A DNA stretch of 61,836 bases, the filler included. It is 3 parts of 3 records of this genome, joined end to end, with 100 filler letters (N's around TTAATTAATTAA, not from the genome) between each part and the next. Parts side by side here need not be neighbours in the genome. Positions count along the whole stretch, not along the records: positions 35,844 to 61,836 come from SRR31156797_2950; 2 more parts are not named here. One strand, 5' to 3'. A program made the position numbers and the translations under genes. The notes under the pieces were generated by a model, which saw nothing but the letters and a program-made list of their open reading frames with translations, did no database searches and was not told where the DNA came from. Positions 58,857 to 61,836 of the stretch are shown here, one piece after another (position 1 is the first letter of the stretch; every line of letters starts with the position of its first letter).

Positions 58857-61799
58857 ATGCGAAGATTTTTATGTTTTATTTTGGTCGTTTTCTTGATTAC
58901 GGCCTTTATCAGTCCAATAAATTTAACAGCTTCGGATACAACAAAACATGTGCAACATGATAAAAAAGTTGAACATGTTATAAAAGAACATCATCAGAAT
59001 CATGACCATAGTATAGATCAGCAACATGATGAACATGGGCATCATGCTGACATGTCGCCATTGTATTTTGTAATTTTAGCTTTAATTATTGGTGCTGCCA
59101 CAAGGCATTTTCTCAGAAAAAGCCCAATACCTTATACAGTTATGCTGTTGCTACTTGGGCTTGGTGTAGGTGTTGCTGTAAGATTAGGTGTATTTGAAGG
59201 CTGGGGTGAATCATTTTCCACTGCAGTCAAATGGGCTGGGCATATTGATCCACACTTAATATTGTATGTTTTTTTACCTACTTTAATATTTGAGGCTGCT
59301 TTTGCAATGGATATTCATACATTTAAAAAGTCAGTCGGAAATGCTGTTATATTGGCTGTACCCGGTATAATTATGGCTTTATTTTTAACTGCATTTGTAA
59401 TCATCGGGATTAAAGAACTTGGAATTGGGCTCCCTGATTGGACATGGCAGGTTGCATTGTTATTTGGTGTAGTAATAAGTGCAACAGATCCAGTTGCAGT
59501 GGTTGCTTTGTTAAAAGAATTGGGAGCAAGTAAGAAATTAGGAACATTGATTGAAGGAGAGTCATTGTTGAATGACGGAACAGCCATTGTCATTTTCCTT
59601 GTGATTTTAGGTGGTATTCAGGGAGCATCATCAGATATGGGTGAGCTACAGGCTTTTGTATTTCATTTGCATCCGGTATTTAAGTTTGCATATATCTCAT
59701 TTGGAGGTATTATTCTAGGATTAACTATCGGAGGTATAACTATTAGGTGGGTTCGCAGTGTATTCAATGATGCAATCGTCGAAATATCTGCTATTGTCAC
59801 AGCAGCTTACATTACTTTCTATATTGCTGAGCATTTCTTATATGTTTCAGGGGTGCTTGGTTTAGTTTCCTTAGGACTTGCCGCAGCAAGTGTTGGACGA
59901 ACAAGAATTAGCCCACAGGTTGAGCATTTTCTTCATGAATTTTGGGAGTTGCTTGCTTTTATGGCCAATACATTAATTTTTCTTATTGTAGGAGTAGTAA
60001 TAGCAGAACAGACAGTTTTTACATTGAATGATTTTGTCATTCTCATCATTATTTACATAAGTATTCATGTAGTTAGAGCTATAGTTGTTGCAATTTTTTA
60101 TCCTGCTATGCGCAAAACCGGCTATGGATTAGATAAGAAAAATGCTATTGTAGTATGGTATGGAGCACTGAGAGGAGCTATTGGTTTAGCAATGGCTTTA
60201 ATAATTGCAGGACTTGATCCTGAATTGCTACCGGAAAAAGTGCAAAATCAATTCCTATTCTTTACCGCAGGAATTGTAATAATGACCTTGCTGATCAATG
60301 CTGTTACAATTAAGTTTTTAATTCAAAAATTAGGACTTACCAAAATGGCTCCGGCTAAGGCGCAAATGATTTATAATTCCCAATCATATCTTCGTAAATC
60401 AGCTACGGGCTTTATTGACAAGTTAAAGCATGATAGATTTTTGAACCATTCTCACTGGCCACAGGTAAAGAAATATTTGCCGCCAACTCCCAGGGTTAAT
60501 AAATCAGATATTGGTGATATTGAATCAATCGCCGAAATACGGAGACGAATTTTAGAGCAGGAGAAGAGTAGTTATTGGATGCAGTTTAAGCAAGGCCTGC
60601 TTGGACCAACTTCTGTACAAAAATTATCTGAAGGCATAAATCATATTTTGGATGCAGGTGGTTTAATTCCATTAAGTGAAAGAAAAGATTTAGAAGATAG
60701 CTGGAAAACGCCGGCTTTTCTTAAACGAATGCAGAAAATAATGTGGCTGGAAAAATTGACTCAGCGCATGTTTTTTGAGCGCTTAGCTATTAGTTATGAT
60801 TCAGCACGCGGATTTGTAGAAGCGCAAGAGGATGCCTTAAAATTGGTTGATAGTATGCATCGTGAGGCTGATGAAGCGGTAGATGAATTAAAAACTGAAA
60901 AAGAAGAAATTCTCGAATTAGTAGAAGAAGAAATTAACACGAACCGGATTCATGGATTAACATATTTGCGGAATCTAAGAAAAAGTTATCCGGAAATCTA
61001 TAATGCGATTTCTACGCGTCAAGCTATTCGTTCATTGTTGAATTATGAAATGCAAACAATTGAGCGTTTGCAGAAAAAAGGTCGTTTAGAGACTGAAGAG
61101 GCACAAAAAATGAAAGAAGAAGTTGAGCAGCGGATGAAACACCTTGTACATTCGCCACCTTCAGCAAAATTGCCCAAAAATATCAAACTGCTTAAAGATA
61201 TGGAATGGTTTGATGAAGTTGAAATTGGAATGCTTAAAAAAGTATCTGCTTCATTTTCACCTACAGTATATTCAGTTGGTGAAACTATTATAAAGGAAAA
61301 TGATAGTGGAAATGCTATATATGTGGTGGTTAGGGGAACTGTTAAAGTCGTAATTGGAGAAGAGATCGTAGCAGTGGTTGGACCTGGAAATGTTTTAGGT
61401 GAAATAGCTGCTTTGACTGGACAAACAAGTAGGGCAAGTGTTGTGGCTGAGTCACCTGTAACAGTTTTAAGAATGAGATATTTGAAGTTGCAACGTTATT
61501 TGAAAGAAGATAAATTTTTAAACGAAAATCTCTGGAAAATTGCTGCACGTAGAATTGCTGAAAATGTGCTTTCTTCAATGGAACCTTATAGCAGAATGAA
61601 AAGAAGAAAATTGAAACTTACAATTGATAAAGGCGAAGTTTTACATTTTGAAAATGATAATTATTTAAAACTGGGAGATAAGGTAGGAGTGCTAATCGCA
61701 GGAATGGCATTCAAGGAAGGTAAGTTGACTGAATCGCCATTAATCATAGAAGAAACTGAAATGCAATTAGTAGGAGAGTCCTACGTATTTGTTTTTTAG
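58857..61799 (+). CDS. CPA1 Na+/H+ antiporter with long cytoplasmic domain and cyclic-nucleotide-binding domain (SOS1/SLC9C-like)
   Basis: FLPTLIFEAAF, SATDPVAVVALL, IEGESLLNDG, WYGALRGAIGLA. CNBD GETIIKEND...GPGNVLGEIAAL...RASVVA. His-rich N-terminus. Confidence 0.92.
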   Translation: MRRFLCFILVVFLITAFISPINLTASDTTKHVQHDKKVEHVIKEHHQNHDHSIDQQHDEHGHHADMSPLYFVILALIIGAATRHFLRKSPIPYTVMLLLLGLGVGVAVRLGVFEGWGESFSTAVKWAGHIDPHLILYVFLPTLIFEAAFAMDIHTFKKSVGNAVILAVPGIIMALFLTAFVIIGIKELGIGLPDWTWQVALLFGVVISATDPVAVVALLKELGASKKLGTLIEGESLLNDGTAIVIFLVILGGIQGASSDMGELQAFVFHLHPVFKFAYISFGGIILGLTIGGITIRWVRSVFNDAIVEISAIVTAAYITFYIAEHFLYVSGVLGLVSLGLAAASVGRTRISPQVEHFLHEFWELLAFMANTLIFLIVGVVIAEQTVFTLNDFVILIIIYISIHVVRAIVVAIFYPAMRKTGYGLDKKNAIVVWYGALRGAIGLAMALIIAGLDPELLPEKVQNQFLFFTAGIVIMTLLINAVTIKFLIQKLGLTKMAPAKAQMIYNSQSYLRKSATGFIDKLKHDRFLNHSHWPQVKKYLPPTPRVNKSDIGDIESIAEIRRRILEQEKSSYWMQFKQGLLGPTSVQKLSEGINHILDAGGLIPLSERKDLEDSWKTPAFLKRMQKIMWLEKLTQRMFFERLAISYDSARGFVEAQEDALKLVDSMHREADEAVDELKTEKEEILELVEEEINTNRIHGLTYLRNLRKSYPEIYNAISTRQAIRSLLNYEMQTIERLQKKGRLETEEAQKMKEEVEQRMKHLVHSPPSAKLPKNIKLLKDMEWFDEVEIGMLKKVSASFSPTVYSVGETIIKENDSGNAIYVVVRGTVKVVIGEEIVAVVGPGNVLGEIAALTGQTSRASVVAESPVTVLRMRYLKLQRYLKEDKFLNENLWKIAARRIAENVLSSMEPYSRMKRRKLKLTIDKGEVLHFENDNYLKLGDKVGVLIAGMAFKEGKLTESPLIIEETEMQLVGESYVFVF

Positions 61800-61808
61800 A
61801 TAAAATAA

Positions 61809-61836
61809 GGGGCTGTCTCAAAAGTAAGAATAAATA
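61809..61836 (+). mobile_element. Possible IS/MITE terminal inverted repeat at window end
   Basis: GGGGCTGTCTCAAAAGT resembles ends of IS1182-type elements/MITEs I recall from Bacteroidota. Only one end is visible. Confidence 0.3.

Overview
The window joins three unrelated contigs with 100-nt N linkers that carry TTAATTAATTAA (8831-8930 and 35744-35843), so synteny across the linkers is meaningless. Contig 1 (1-8830) holds an AT-rich defence island. It has a complete type II R-M system (controller C + REase convergent with a gamma-class m6A MTase resembling M.BseCI/ClaI-type, with C-boxes at both promoters) and a 676-aa orphan with a C-terminal PD-(D/E)XK-like domain, followed by an isochorismatase-family gene, REP/REPIN-like palindromes, dGTPase and a NifU-domain gene. 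Contig 2 (8931-35743) is GC-rich and looks like an anaerobic Desulfobacterota-type organism (inference). It carries two sigma54-dependent catabolic operons with shared upstream palindromes around a TPR-GAF-AAA+ activator: SDR, ferredoxin, two CrtI-like flavoproteins, nitronate-monooxygenase family, acyl-CoA dehydrogenases, an HMGS-like/DUF35 fusion plus thiolase, an HpaB/AbfD-family enzyme and FadL. It also has an orphan 663-aa helical-repeat gene under a textbook sigma28 promoter, fdhD, a GlcD-like oxidase, a polar amino-acid ABC transporter and EamA. Contig 3 (35844-61836) is Bacteroidota (TAnnTTTG promoters, T9SS cargo). It contains a Cus-type copper efflux operon, a T9SS protein, CHAD, rplS, an uncharacterised envelope cluster of secreted CsgG/FlgT/LPP20-like and TPR proteins, and a SOS1-like Na+/H+ antiporter with a cNMP-binding domain. 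The best candidates for undescribed systems are the Bacteroidota envelope cluster (49107-58675), the sigma54 flavoenzyme catabolic island, and the sigma28-driven repeat protein. All family assignments are by eye from motifs; no database search was run.
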